A stretch of 32,000 nucleotides of DNA from Paracoccus suum (GTDB taxonomy: Bacteria > Pseudomonadota > Alphaproteobacteria > Rhodobacterales > Rhodobacteraceae), in assembly GCF_003324675.1 (NCBI RefSeq), contig NZ_CP030918.1, positions 960,001 to 992,000 of the forward strand, in the 5' to 3' direction. The translations under genes and the position numbers were made by a program. Shown piece after piece: positions 1-8,947 of the stretch. Each line of letters starts with the position of its first letter. Positions within the stretch are counted from its first letter, which is position 1. The notes beneath the pieces are model-generated. The model saw only the letters and a list, made by a program, of their open reading frames with translations. It was not told the origin of the DNA and ran no database searches.

Positions 1-1333
1 CGGCCATCCCCAGCAAGACGTCGTCGCCAAGGCCGCCAAACATGCCGTCGTTGCCGGCATCACCGCGCATTACATCGTCGCCGCCCTCACCCGACATGTA
101 GTCGTTACCAACGCCACCATATGCCAGATCGTTACCTTCACCGCATGCGATGAAGTCGTTCCCGAGGCCGCCGTCGATGGAATCAGTCCCGGCGTCACCG
201 CTGCATCTGTCATCGCCGTCCTGGCCCCAGATGACGTCGTTGCCGAGGCCACCATAGAGGCGGTCGTTGCCGGCGTCACCGCGCAAGCGGTCGTTGCCGG
301 ACCAGCCAATCACCTGGTCATCGCCCGCGCCCCCGAGAACGATGTCGTTGCCCGCGCCGCCATTCAGGATATCCGCTCCGGCGCCCCCGTCGAGGTAGTC
401 TTCTCCCTCGTCACCCGTCATACGATCATCGCCGGCTTGGCCGAGCAAAGTATCGTTGTCCAATCCCCCAGCGATAACGTCATTCCCGTCCTCGCCAAAC
501 AGGCGATCCCGGCCGGCATAGCCTATCAGAATATCGTTGCCTGCGCTGCCGACGAGTGAATCATTTGACAGACCCCCATAAAGGAAATCGTTGCCCGCTC
601 CGCCTGCCAGGTAGTTCAAACCGCCCTCGCCATAAATCGTGTCGTTGCCATCGCCGCCGGTCATGACATCTTCCCCGATTCCGCCGAAGATCAGATCATT
701 TCCCGCGCCGCCATCGATGCGGTCATTCCCGTCGTCGCCCAGGAGGCGGTCGTCACCGGCGTCACCGAGCAGCGTGTCATTGTCAGCCCCGCCGGAAATC
801 ACATCATTTTCAGTCCCTCCGGCCAACACATCGCGACCGAGTCCGCCAACAATATAGTCGGCCCCGGCGCCGCCGAATGCCGTGTCGGCGCCGATGCCGC
901 CCAGCAAGGTGTCGTCGCCGTCGTCTCCCGAAAATCGGTTTAGGCCGCCCGACGCGCTGATCACATCGTTGCCTGACCCGCCGGAGATCGTGTCATTTCC
1001 AAGGCCGCCCTGGAGCACGTCATCGCCAGCGCCACCCTGCAGCAAATCGTTGCCGTCGTCGCCGAGTAATAGGTCATTGCCGTCTTCGCCGATCAGCGTG
1101 TCGTTTCCCGTTCCCCCTTGCAGACGGTCGTCGCCTGTCCCCCCCATCAAAAAGTCGTCACCATCTTGACCCAACAGAGTGTCGCGGCCCGATTCGCCAT
1201 AAAGGCGATCGTTTCCGGCGTCCCCGCTGCCCCAATCGTTGCCCGACCGGCCATAGATCAAGTCGTCACCGTCGCCGCCGCTGAGCCGGTCGTCGAAAAC
1301 CCCGCCGGTAAGGGTGTCTCCTCCGCCCAAGCC
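1..1333 (-). repeat. 27-bp-period coding repeat: at least 49 consecutive RTX nonapeptides (GGxGxDxUx) with no phase break, continuing beyond the window
   Basis: Hand translation gives GLGGGDTLT GGVFDDRLS GGDGDDLIY GRSGNDWGS GDAGNDRLY ... GGLGDDVLL GMA. Every unit is exactly 9 residues. A separate two-to-three-unit block (ITGGAGDDTLVAGGRPVMLTGGAGADVFV) lies at about 1650..1745. Confidence 0.85.
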
Positions 1334-2908
1334 GTAGATCGTCACGGCGTTGACGCCCGCGCCAATCCAGTCTCCACCGGCGGTGCCGACGAGAGTGACC
1401 GCGTTTCCCGGCGTCGGATAATGCGCGATGGGAAAGTTATCGATGCTGACGATGCCGGCAGGCAGGCTGGCACCGCTTGCACTGCGCACGTCGATGGTGG
1501 TTGGGCCGAAGGTGATGCGCAGGCCCGTGGACGTCGACGTTATTGCCATCTGCATCGGATGGCGAACCATGCCCAGGTCGCTGAGGTCGAGGCGGTCCTG
1601 GTTGCGGTCGAAGTCGGTGATGGTGATCGTGCCCACAACCGCAGTAGGCACGAAAACATCCGCCCCCGCCCCGCCGGTCAGCATCACCGGCCGGCCGCCC
1701 GCGACAAGCGTGTCGTCCCCCGCGCCGCCTGTGATCCGCAAAGTTCCCGCCTGCGCGACGAGCAGGTCATCGGCCGCCGTTCCGACGGTGTAGCCGCTGG
1801 AGGCAAACCCGGTCGCACCGACCACGCCAGTGTCGACAGCGAGCTGGGTGATCCCCCGCTCTGTCGCCGAGCTGGCGAAAAGCGCGATCTTGCCGGCCAG
1901 CACCCCGGCCGCGAGGCCCGAGACATCAGCCAGCGACGTGCCTGCCGTGTCGGCCAAGGTGCCGACATGCACCAGCCGTCCGTCGGGCAGCAAGGTGAAC
2001 ATGCTGATCCCGTCATCCGCCCCGGCTGCAAAGACGAAGGTGCGCCCGTTGAGGGTGACGGCCTCAAGTTCGGTAATGTTGTCAAAGCGGGTGCCGCGTT
2101 CGTCCAAGATGTGATCGACGGGGGTCAGCCGGCCGGTCGCGTCTAGTTTCAACACCGTCAGGGAGGAGCTGTCGGCGCCCGCCACGATGACAAAGGTCGT
2201 GCCGCCCACCGCCGCGATCTCTACCTCGCGCGGTGTCATGAAAGGCGCCTGCCAGGACATTCCCATGACCTGACCCGGCAGGATGCGGCCGGCGGCGTCA
2301 ATCGGGTGGCAGGCGATGAAATTGCCGAGGGTGGAGGTGGCGATCGCGAATTGCTTGCCGGCAACCGTCGCGACCTCGATCTCGTTGATCCGCGCGTCGC
2401 GGTGGATACCGGTCGGCACTTGCGATGACGAGACCAGTGTCAGCGTGCCATCTGCCCCCCGCCGATAGCTGTGGAACGTGGCCCCGGCATCGCGCGAGGC
2501 AAACAGATATTCGGTGCTGCCGATATGCAGCGCCGTGGCGGTGATGGTGTCAAAGCCGAGGCCGCTCGCGACGGTCGCCTTGGCTGAACCCTTTTCGTCG
2601 AACAGCGTGCCCCTGCTGCCGGAATAGAGCATGCCCAGCGGATAGGCCTGAAAGCCGCCCGCGACTTCACGAAAGGTGATCTTTGGCTCTGACAGCCAGC
2701 CGAGACTGGCGACGTAGGGGGCATGGCTGACAAAGGTGGCGGCCTTGTCGCTTGTGCCAACGGAGAAGCTCGTCAGCCCGCCGCCCCGCTGGTTGGCAGC
2801 GACCAGAAACAGCCCTTGCGAGGTCTGTTCCAAGGCAAGATCGCTGATGTTTCTGGTATAGGAGCTGTTCGGGCCAAACAGCGTGCCAACCAGAGTCAGC
2901 CCGGACAT
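1..2908 (-). CDS. Large RTX-type (hemolysin-type calcium-binding repeat) protein, first 969 codons only; the 3' end runs off the left edge. Order: ~390-aa propeller-like repeat domain, short RTX block, then a long RTX beta-roll array
   Basis: Absent from the ORF track because there is no stop in the window. I hand-translated the minus frame: ATG at 2908..2906 gives MSGLTLVGTLFGPNSSYTRNISDLALEQ... I saw no in-frame stop down to position 2, where it reads ...GEGGDDVMRGDAGNDGMFGGLGDDVLLGMA. The GGxGxDxUx consensus holds across 1..1333. There is no N-terminal signal peptide, which is consistent with a type I secretion substrate. Confidence 0.85.
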   Translation of the reverse strand, partial: MSGLTLVGTLFGPNSSYTRNISDLALEQTSQGLFLVAANQRGGGLTSFSVGTSDKAATFVSHAPYVASLGWLSEPKITFREVAGGFQAYPLGMLYSGSRGTLFDEKGSAKATVASGLGFDTITATALHIGSTEYLFASRDAGATFHSYRRGADGTLTLVSSSQVPTGIHRDARINEIEVATVAGKQFAIATSTLGNFIACHPIDAAGRILPGQVMGMSWQAPFMTPREVEIAAVGGTTFVIVAGADSSSLTVLKLDATGRLTPVDHILDERGTRFDNITELEAVTLNGRTFVFAAGADDGISMFTLLPDGRLVHVGTLADTAGTSLADVSGLAAGVLAGKIALFASSATERGITQLAVDTGVVGATGFASSGYTVGTAADDLLVAQAGTLRITGGAGDDTLVAGGRPVMLTGGAGADVFVPTAVVGTITITDFDRNQDRLDLSDLGMVRHPMQMAITSTSTGLRITFGPTTIDVRSASGASLPAGIVSIDNFPIAHYPTPGNAVTLVGTAGGDWIGAGVNAVTIYGLGGGDTLTGGVFDDRLSGGDGDDLIYGRSGNDWGSGDAGNDRLYGESGRDTLLGQDGDDFLMGGTGDDRLQGGTGNDTLIGEDGNDLLLGDDGNDLLQGGAGDDVLQGGLGNDTISGGSGNDVISASGGLNRFSGDDGDDTLLGGIGADTAFGGAGADYIVGGLGRDVLAGGTENDVISGGADNDTLLGDAGDDRLLGDDGNDRIDGGAGNDLIFGGIGEDVMTGGDGNDTIYGEGGLNYLAGGAGNDFLYGGLSNDSLVGSAGNDILIGYAGRDRLFGEDGNDVIAGGLDNDTLLGQAGDDRMTGDEGEDYLDGGAGADILNGGAGNDIVLGGAGDDQVIGWSGNDRLRGDAGNDRLYGGLGNDVIWGQDGDDRCSGDAGTDSIDGGLGNDFIACGEGNDLAYGGVGNDYMSGEGGDDVMRGDAGNDGMFGGLGDDVLLGMA

Positions 2909-3605
2909 GGTATCATCCTATAGTTGTGTTGACCGCTGCGAGTATTCTTTGACGTGTGCGATATCACCACGTCCTGCCGCGCAGGCAGAGTCGAACATGT
3001 CCGGGATTTTATGCGATATGGGCCGCTGGAGAGGGCGGCCGGCGCGGTCCCGAGGCAGAGGCGGCGGATGCCGCGGGCAACTTGGGGTCGGGGTTTGGGA
3101 AGCGAGGGCCAGCCGCAGATGTCTCGGCGAGGAACTACGTCCGTCCTCAGGTGCAGGGTCGGGACGCGCCTTGGGATGAGTTTTGTCACGCGTTGAATTT
3201 TTGCAGTGAAGCCAATGCGATGGCCGGGACTTTATAGCCTTGCAAGCCGAGCAGCAGGACGTGTCGACTTACAGGGATGGGCAGGCGCAACCAGCGCGCA
3301 TGCGGGATCAGGTGCAGATATGGCGTCCCACGGGACGAAATAAGGTTCCGCTGCGCCCGGTGACGATCACTTCAAATGCAACCGAATTTACGTTCAGGAA
3401 ACGCAGCGCAGGTCGCTTTTTGCGAGCGGAGATCGGTCTCCGTCGACGCCCACCGGCCGAATCGCGGGCCCATTGATATACCGGCTCTGACGCTGCGTAA
3501 CGCGGGGGCCTACGGAACAGGGCGCAGGGCACTTGGGAGAAGCCGCCAAAGCCCAAACGTGCATCCAAACAATGGACCGGGCCCGGGCGGCGTCGCTCTC
3601 TTAGC

Positions 3606-4247
3606 TCACTCCACCTGCGGCATTCGCAACACCCTCGCGCCGCAATCGCGGCGCGCATCCGGCGCGCAGTCACGCGGGCGCAGGTCGCGCGTCAGGCAGA
3701 TGCGAACCTCCTCAACGGCGCCCGCATCGCAGGTGATCGTCACGCCTTCGCGCGTCATGTCGGGGTTGACCGCCAGAAATGCCGCCTCGATAGCTCCGGG
3801 CGGAACGTTCAGGTCGCGCGGCAATCGGGCATAGGCGGGCGGGATCGCGACCCGCGACACGGCCTCGCGCATCAGGCTGTAATAGTCCCGGCCGGACAAG
3901 CCCGAACACCGGCCGTGCTTTTTCCACTGGTACCAGGCGAGGCCGCCGGAACCCATCAGGTCGGCCATCTCGGCGCTGTCGCCCCGCGTCGGATCGCGCG
4001 CCTCGGTGCGGCAATCGGACGGCCAGCCCTGCTCGTACTGCGGCCAGAGGCCATGCACGACAAAGCCGCGTCGTACGCCGGGACGGCACTGGTCGGCGGT
4101 GCCGTCATCCTCGGCCGCACACCAGCTGGGCGACCAGCTGAGGGACAGCACGTAATACTCGAAATCGCCGGGCGTGTCTTGCGCCGCCGCCGGCAGGGGG
4201 CCGGCCAGCAGCGTGGCAGACAGCAGGGCAAGCGTGCGCATCATCAT
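3606..4247 (-). CDS. Secreted ribonuclease T2 family protein
   Basis: 213-aa ORF. It has a signal peptide (MMMRTLALLSATLLAGPLPAAAQD), the CAS-I motif FVVHGLWPQ, a CAS-II-like motif WYQWKKHGRC, and the conserved early SWSPSWC cysteine context. Confidence 0.8.
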   Translation of the reverse strand: MMMRTLALLSATLLAGPLPAAAQDTPGDFEYYVLSLSWSPSWCAAEDDGTADQCRPGVRRGFVVHGLWPQYEQGWPSDCRTEARDPTRGDSAEMADLMGSGGLAWYQWKKHGRCSGLSGRDYYSLMREAVSRVAIPPAYARLPRDLNVPPGAIEAAFLAVNPDMTREGVTITCDAGAVEEVRICLTRDLRPRDCAPDARRDCGARVLRMPQVE

Positions 4248-4423
4248 GCCGCCAGCCTAGCGGCCGGGACGGCGCTGCGCGAGTGGCCGATTTGGGCTTT
4301 TCTCGCCCTGCGCAACGCCCTATATCGGCTGTCAATTCCCGAAAACGAGGATTGGCCCGCGTGCCGCCCCCCGGTTTTCACCGGCTGATCACGCATGGCC
4401 CGCGACGAAGGAGAGATACGACG

Positions 4424-5314
4424 ATGCAGAAGCCGCTGATGGCCAAGGCCACCGCTGTCTGGCTGGTCGACAACACCACGTTGAGCTTCAAGCAGATCGC
4501 GGATTTCTGCGGCCTGCACGAACTTGAGGTGCAGGGCATCGCCGACGGCGATGTGGCGACCGGGGTCAAGGGATTTGACCCCATCGCCAGCAACCAGTTG
4601 GATCAGGCCGAGATCGACAAGGCGCAGGGCAACCCCGCCTATGTGCTGAAGATCAAGCACAATCCCGCCGCCGAGGGCGAGGAAAAGCGTCGCGGCCCGC
4701 GTTACACCCCGCTGTCCAAGCGCCAGGACCGCCCGGCCGCCATCCTGTGGCTCGTCAAGTTCCACCCCGAGCTGGCGGACGCGCAGATCGCCAAGCTGGT
4801 CGGCACCACCAAGCCGACCATCGCCTCGATCCGCGATCGCAGCCACTGGAACATCCAGAACATCCAGCCGATCGATCCGGTCGCCCTGGGCCTCAGCAAG
4901 CAGAGCGAGCTGGATGCCGAGGTCCAGAAGGCCGCCCGCAAGCGCTCCGATGACGTGATGTCCGATGACGAGCGGCGCAAGCTGGTCTCGACCGAGACCT
5001 CGCTGTCCATGTCGGACGAGCCGCGCCTGCCCTCGGCCATCGCCGGGCTTGAGAACTTCACCCTCTCGCCCAAGGCCGAGAAGGCGGACACCACCAACTA
5101 CCGCGACGCCGAGAGCTTCTTCCGCAAAGCGGTCCCCGATGCCGGCGAGCGGGTCGACATGGACGACATCTCGGAAGAAGACGATCTGGACGACGACGCT
5201 GTAACCGATCCCGAGGCTGATATCGACCACGAGATCGATGCCGAGGCCGAGGCCGAGGCGATCGAGACCGACGAGGCACTGGACGACGATTCGGACGACA
5301 ACGACCGGCGCTGA
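4424..5314 (+). CDS. trcR: DUF1013 family protein (TrcR-like cell-cycle transcriptional regulator) with a long acidic C-terminal tail
   Basis: The start is the ATG at 4424, preceded by GAAGGAGAG. The 4283 start in the ORF track adds an Arg-rich, non-protein-like leader. The N-terminus [45 protein letters not shown] is typical of DUF1013. The stop is 4 nt before the lpxK start. Confidence 0.7.
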   Translation: MQKPLMAKATAVWLVDNTTLSFKQIADFCGLHELEVQGIADGDVATGVKGFDPIASNQLDQAEIDKAQGNPAYVLKIKHNPAAEGEEKRRGPRYTPLSKRQDRPAAILWLVKFHPELADAQIAKLVGTTKPTIASIRDRSHWNIQNIQPIDPVALGLSKQSELDAEVQKAARKRSDDVMSDDERRKLVSTETSLSMSDEPRLPSAIAGLENFTLSPKAEKADTTNYRDAESFFRKAVPDAGERVDMDDISEEDDLDDDAVTDPEADIDHEIDAEAEAEAIETDEALDDDSDDNDRR

Positions 5315-5318
5315 GGCG

Positions 5319-6299
5319 ATGGCGCGGCGTGCGCCCGCCTTCTGGTTCCGGCCAGCCGGGATGGCAGCCACCGCGTTGCGCCCGCTCGGCGCGATCTATG
5401 CCGCGGCCACTGCGCGGCGGCTGGCCCGCGGCGCGCGGGCACGGGTGGGCGTCCCGGTCCTCTGCGTCGGCAACCTGAATGCCGGTGGGACTGGCAAGAC
5501 GCCGGTGGTAATCGCCATTGTCCAGCGCCTGTTGGCGCCGGGCGTCGCTGTGCAGGTCGTCAGCCGCGGCTATGGCGGCACCGTCACCGGCCCGCTGCGC
5601 GTCGACGAACGGGTTCATACCGCGGCAGAGGTCGGGGACGAGCCGCTGTTGCTGTCGGCCTTTGCACCGGTCTGGGTTTCGGACGACCGGGTGCAGGGCG
5701 CGCGCGCCGCCGCCCGCAGCGGGGCGCAAGTCATCATTCTGGACGACGGCTTTCAGGATCCGTCGCTGCATCACGATCTTTCGCTGGTGGTGGTCGATGC
5801 GGCGCGCGGCTTTGGCAACGGGCTGTGCCTGCCTGCCGGGCCGCTGCGCGAGCCGGTCGCCGTCGGTCTCGCCCGCGCCGATCTGCTGCTGTCCGTCGGA
5901 CCGCCCCAGGCGCAGGCGCAATTCCAGGCGCCACCCGGCATTCCCCACCTGCGCGCCGCGCTGCAGCCGCTGAAGATGGGCCATGACTGGACGGGCGAGC
6001 GGATCCTCGCCTTTGCCGGCATCGGCCACCCCGAGAAATTCTTCGCCACCCTGCGCGATCTTGGTGCAAACTTGGTCCGGGCCGAGGCGCTGGAAGATCA
6101 CCAGACCTTCTCGCCGCAACTGCTGACGCGACTCGAGGCCGAGGCGCGGGCGTATTCCGCCCAGATGGTGACGACTGAAAAGGACGCGGTGCGCCTGCCG
6201 CCCTCGTTCCGGCGCAAGGTGCTGACGCTGCCGGTTCGCCTGCAACTGGACGACTGGACAGTGCTGGACGCAGCGCTGTTGCGGGTGCTGGCCTCCTGA
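5319..6299 (+). CDS. lpxK: Tetraacyldisaccharide 4'-kinase (lipid A biosynthesis)
   Basis: Start is the ATG at 5319 ([12 protein letters not shown]...). It has the P-loop [13 protein letters not shown], then VVSRGYGG and ILDDGFQ, all typical of LpxK. The 5238 start in the ORF track overlaps the trcR tail. Confidence 0.88.
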   Translation: MARRAPAFWFRPAGMAATALRPLGAIYAAATARRLARGARARVGVPVLCVGNLNAGGTGKTPVVIAIVQRLLAPGVAVQVVSRGYGGTVTGPLRVDERVHTAAEVGDEPLLLSAFAPVWVSDDRVQGARAAARSGAQVIILDDGFQDPSLHHDLSLVVVDAARGFGNGLCLPAGPLREPVAVGLARADLLLSVGPPQAQAQFQAPPGIPHLRAALQPLKMGHDWTGERILAFAGIGHPEKFFATLRDLGANLVRAEALEDHQTFSPQLLTRLEAEARAYSAQMVTTEKDAVRLPPSFRRKVLTLPVRLQLDDWTVLDAALLRVLAS

Positions 6300-6350
6300 C
6301 GCCGGCTGCGGCATCGTGGGAAGCTGATAATGACGGCAAGGGGACAGGTA

Positions 6351-7091
6351 ATGCGCCTGCAGGGCAAGACGGCAATCGTGACGGGTGGCGGCTCGGGGTT
6401 CGGCGCGGGCATCGCCCACCGCTTTGCCGCCGAGGGCGCGCAAGTCATGGTGGTCGACCGCGACGCGGTTTCCGCCGCCGCCGTGGCGGGCCAGATCGGC
6501 GGTCTCTCGTTCGAGGTTGACGTCTCGGACGGGACCGCGGTGCAGGCGATGGCGGATGCCGCGATGGCTGCCTGGGGCCGGATCGACATCCTGATCAACA
6601 ACGCCGGCGTCACCCATCTGCCAGCGCCGATGGAGGATGTCAGCGAGGCCGATTTCGACCACGTCATGGCAGTGAACTGCAAGGCGGTCTACCTGTCGGC
6701 GCGCATCGTCGTCCCGCTGATGAAAGCCGCGGGGCAGGGCGCCATCGTCAACATCGCCTCGACCGCCGGCGTCTCGCCCCGGCCGCGCCTCAGTTGGTAC
6801 AACGCCTCGAAGGGCTGGATGATTACCGCGACCCGCGCCATGGCGGTCGAACTGGCGCCGTTCGGCGTGCGGGTCAACGCGGTGAACCCGGTCGCGGGCG
6901 AGACACCGCTGCTCAAAAGTTTCATGGGCGAGGACACGCCCGACATGCGCGCCAAATTCCTGTCCACCATCCCCATCGGCCGCTTCTCGACCCCGGAGGA
7001 TATCGCGAACGCGGCGCTGTACCTCGCCTCGGACGAGGCATCGATGGTGACCGGCGTCGCGATGGAGGTCGACGGCGGGCGCTGCATCTGA
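6351..7091 (+). CDS. Short-chain dehydrogenase/reductase (FabG-like SDR) oxidoreductase
   Basis: MRLQGKTAIVTGGGSGFGAGIA is a TGxxxGxG Rossmann motif; NNAG and the YNASK catalytic Y-x3-K are present. AGGGGA lies upstream of the ATG at 6351. An alternative start is at 6330. Confidence 0.85.
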   Translation: MRLQGKTAIVTGGGSGFGAGIAHRFAAEGAQVMVVDRDAVSAAAVAGQIGGLSFEVDVSDGTAVQAMADAAMAAWGRIDILINNAGVTHLPAPMEDVSEADFDHVMAVNCKAVYLSARIVVPLMKAAGQGAIVNIASTAGVSPRPRLSWYNASKGWMITATRAMAVELAPFGVRVNAVNPVAGETPLLKSFMGEDTPDMRAKFLSTIPIGRFSTPEDIANAALYLASDEASMVTGVAMEVDGGRCI

Positions 7092-7125
7092 CGCAACATG
7101 CTCTGGCAGCGAGCAAGGGGGATCG

Positions 7126-8121
7126 ATGCAACCCGGACCGCGTAACCTGATTACCGATGTCGCCGGCCTGCGGGTGGGAAATGCCGATGATGCGCACCTC
7201 CGCTCGGGCGTGACGGTGCTGACGGCCGATTCCCCCTTTACCGCCGCGGTCCATGTCATGGGCGGCGCACCCGGCACGCGCGAGACGGACCTGCTGGCCC
7301 CCGACAAGGCCGTGCAGGCCGTCGATGCGCTGTTCCTGTCGGGCGGCTCGGCCTTTGGGCTGGACGCGGGCTCCGGCGTCATGGCCGGGTTGCGCACCAT
7401 GGGACGCGGCTTTGCCGTAGGTGACGCGCGGGTGCCGATCGTGCCCGGGGCGATCCTGTTCGATCTGCTGAATGGTGGCGACAAGGACTGGACCGACAAT
7501 CCCTATCGGTCGCTTGGGCGGCGCGCGCTGGAGGCAGCCGCGACGGATTTCGCGTTGGGCCGCGCGGGCGCCGGCCTTGGCGCCACGACCGCGAATCGCT
7601 GGGGCGGCCTCGGCTCGGCCTCTGCGGTGCTCTCGGACGGCACGACCGTCGGCGCGCTGGTCGCGGTCAACGCGCTGGGCTCGGTCACCGTGGGCGATGG
7701 CCCCCACTTCTGGGCCGCCCCGTGGGAGATCGGGGATGAATTCGGCGGCCTCGGCCTGCCCGCGAACTTTCCGGCTGCTTACGAGCCAAAGGCCGAGAAG
7801 GCGCCCGGCGAGGCGACCACCATCGCCATCGTCGCGACGGACGCGGCGCTGGACAAGGCGGCGCTGACGCGCATGGCAGTGGCCGCCCATGACGGGCTCG
7901 CCCGCGCCATCGTGCCAAGCCACACGCTATGGGACGGGGATCTTGTTTTTGCGGCCTCGACCGGCGCGCGCGCTGGGGGCGATCCTTTCCTGCTTGGCCA
8001 CGCTGCGGCCTGCTGCCTCGCCCGTGCCGTGGCGCGCGGCGTCTGGTGCGCGCAAATGCAAAAGGGCGGCACCGAAGTGCCGCCCCCTGTCCTGCCCCTC
8101 GATGGTGCGGATCAGCGGTAG
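7126..8121 (+). CDS. P1 family peptidase (DmpA/S58-like aminopeptidase)
   Basis: 331-aa ORF. The N-terminus MQPGPRNLITDVAGLRVGNADD and the later AIVATDAALDKA and GDLVFA segments resemble the DmpA/L-aminopeptidase family. The 3' end overlaps the convergent gene by 10 bp. Confidence 0.7.
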   Translation: MQPGPRNLITDVAGLRVGNADDAHLRSGVTVLTADSPFTAAVHVMGGAPGTRETDLLAPDKAVQAVDALFLSGGSAFGLDAGSGVMAGLRTMGRGFAVGDARVPIVPGAILFDLLNGGDKDWTDNPYRSLGRRALEAAATDFALGRAGAGLGATTANRWGGLGSASAVLSDGTTVGALVAVNALGSVTVGDGPHFWAAPWEIGDEFGGLGLPANFPAAYEPKAEKAPGEATTIAIVATDAALDKAALTRMAVAAHDGLARAIVPSHTLWDGDLVFAASTGARAGGDPFLLGHAAACCLARAVARGVWCAQMQKGGTEVPPPVLPLDGADQR

Positions 8122-8780
8122 ATGTAGACGATCTTGCGATCCTGGCCGACCAGAACGGGCTGGCCGTTGATGGTCACGTATTTGTAGTCCTTCTGATCCG
8201 GGATGTCGTAGAGCGTGACGTTCTCGGGCACGCCGGCACCGACCACGACCTCGCCGTCGAGGATCACCGGATCCATCGGGTGGGCGTCGATGTAGGTTTT
8301 GACCTCGGGCGCAGGGGCCGGGACCTGGGCAGTGCCCGCGCCAACCGCCGCGCCGACAACCGCGCCCAGGGGACCTGCGACCAGGGCGCCCGCCGCGGCG
8401 CCCGCCGCCGCGCCGGCGCCGGCATCGGCCACGGCTTTGCCGGTGCTCACCTCGGGGGCCTTGTATTCGACCACCGAGACCTGCAGCTTTTCACGGTTCG
8501 GATAGATCGGCTCGAAGCTTTCGCCGACCTTGGCGGCCAGGTAGTCGCCATAGGCCCAGCCGGTGGTGTCCTTGTAGCTGATCTCGCACCAGTTGGCGCT
8601 GTCGATGCAGCCCTTGACGTTGACGTCATCACCGCCAGGGATGACGCCGACAACCTCGTGCTGGACGCCGGGCCCGGAACGCACGTTCAGGTCGGTGCCG
8701 GCCTTGGCCATGGTATCGGCCGAAGCGGCGCCGGCAAGGGCCATGGCGGCAAGGGCAGTGGTGGCAAACAGGGTACGCAT
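8112..8780 (-). CDS. Exported SH3b domain / glycine-zipper / DUF1236 protein
   Basis: Start is the ATG at 8780, with GGGAGAG 5 nt upstream. It has a signal peptide (MRTLFATTALAAMALAGAASA), an SH3_3-like segment (TDLNVRSGPGVQHEVVGVIPGGDDVNVKGC...WCEISY), and a Gly/Ala zipper (GAGAAAGAAAGALVAGPLGAVVGAAVGAG). The C-terminus is DUF1236-like (YKYVTINGQPVLVGQDRKIVYIY). Confidence 0.7.
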   Translation of the reverse strand: MRTLFATTALAAMALAGAASADTMAKAGTDLNVRSGPGVQHEVVGVIPGGDDVNVKGCIDSANWCEISYKDTTGWAYGDYLAAKVGESFEPIYPNREKLQVSVVEYKAPEVSTGKAVADAGAGAAAGAAAGALVAGPLGAVVGAAVGAGTAQVPAPAPEVKTYIDAHPMDPVILDGEVVVGAGVPENVTLYDIPDQKDYKYVTINGQPVLVGQDRKIVYIYR

Positions 8781-8947
8781 TATAACTCTCCCACACAGAA
8801 AGGATCGCAAGGCGGCGACCATTCGCGATCACAACACCCACCCGGCGCGTCTGGTTCGATCACCTAACCCTCACCAATGCGCGAGTATTTCCCCCGCCGC
8901 GCCGTTGCTGTATTGCCGTGCAGACGTCAGCAAAGGACCCCTTTTCC

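Noticed and set aside
1-1333. Regular 27-bp periodicity that could be mistaken for a CRISPR array or noncoding tandem repeat
   Set aside because: There is no repeat-spacer alternation. The period is exactly nine codons in one open frame encoding GGxGxDxUx, so it is a coding RTX array.
1118-2146. 342-aa plus-strand ORF, plus several Ser/Pro-rich plus-strand ORFs at 639..1169
   Set aside because: They are antisense to the RTX gene. The repetitive Ser/Pro peptides are simply the reverse-complement reading of GGxGxD codons.
3870-3905. The RNase T2 CAS-II motif reads W-Y-Q-W-K-K-H-G-R-C instead of the textbook H-E-W-x-K-H-G-x-C, suggesting a possible inactive enzyme
   Set aside because: The KHG-C histidine and the CAS-I HGLWP histidine are intact. 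To my recollection the family signature tolerates Y/H and Q/E at these two positions. There is not enough evidence to call it a pseudoenzyme.
4244-5371. 375-aa minus-strand ORF
   Set aside because: It is antisense to the DUF1013/TrcR-like gene, which has a good RBS and a family-typical N-terminus. This frame shows no motifs.
5058-7499. 813-aa ORF on the minus strand spanning three annotated genes
   Set aside because: It is antisense to lpxK, the SDR and the P1 peptidase, all of which have clear family motifs. Its product is Arg/Pro/Gly/Ala-rich with no recognisable motif. This is the usual stop-codon-poor antisense frame of a high-GC genome.
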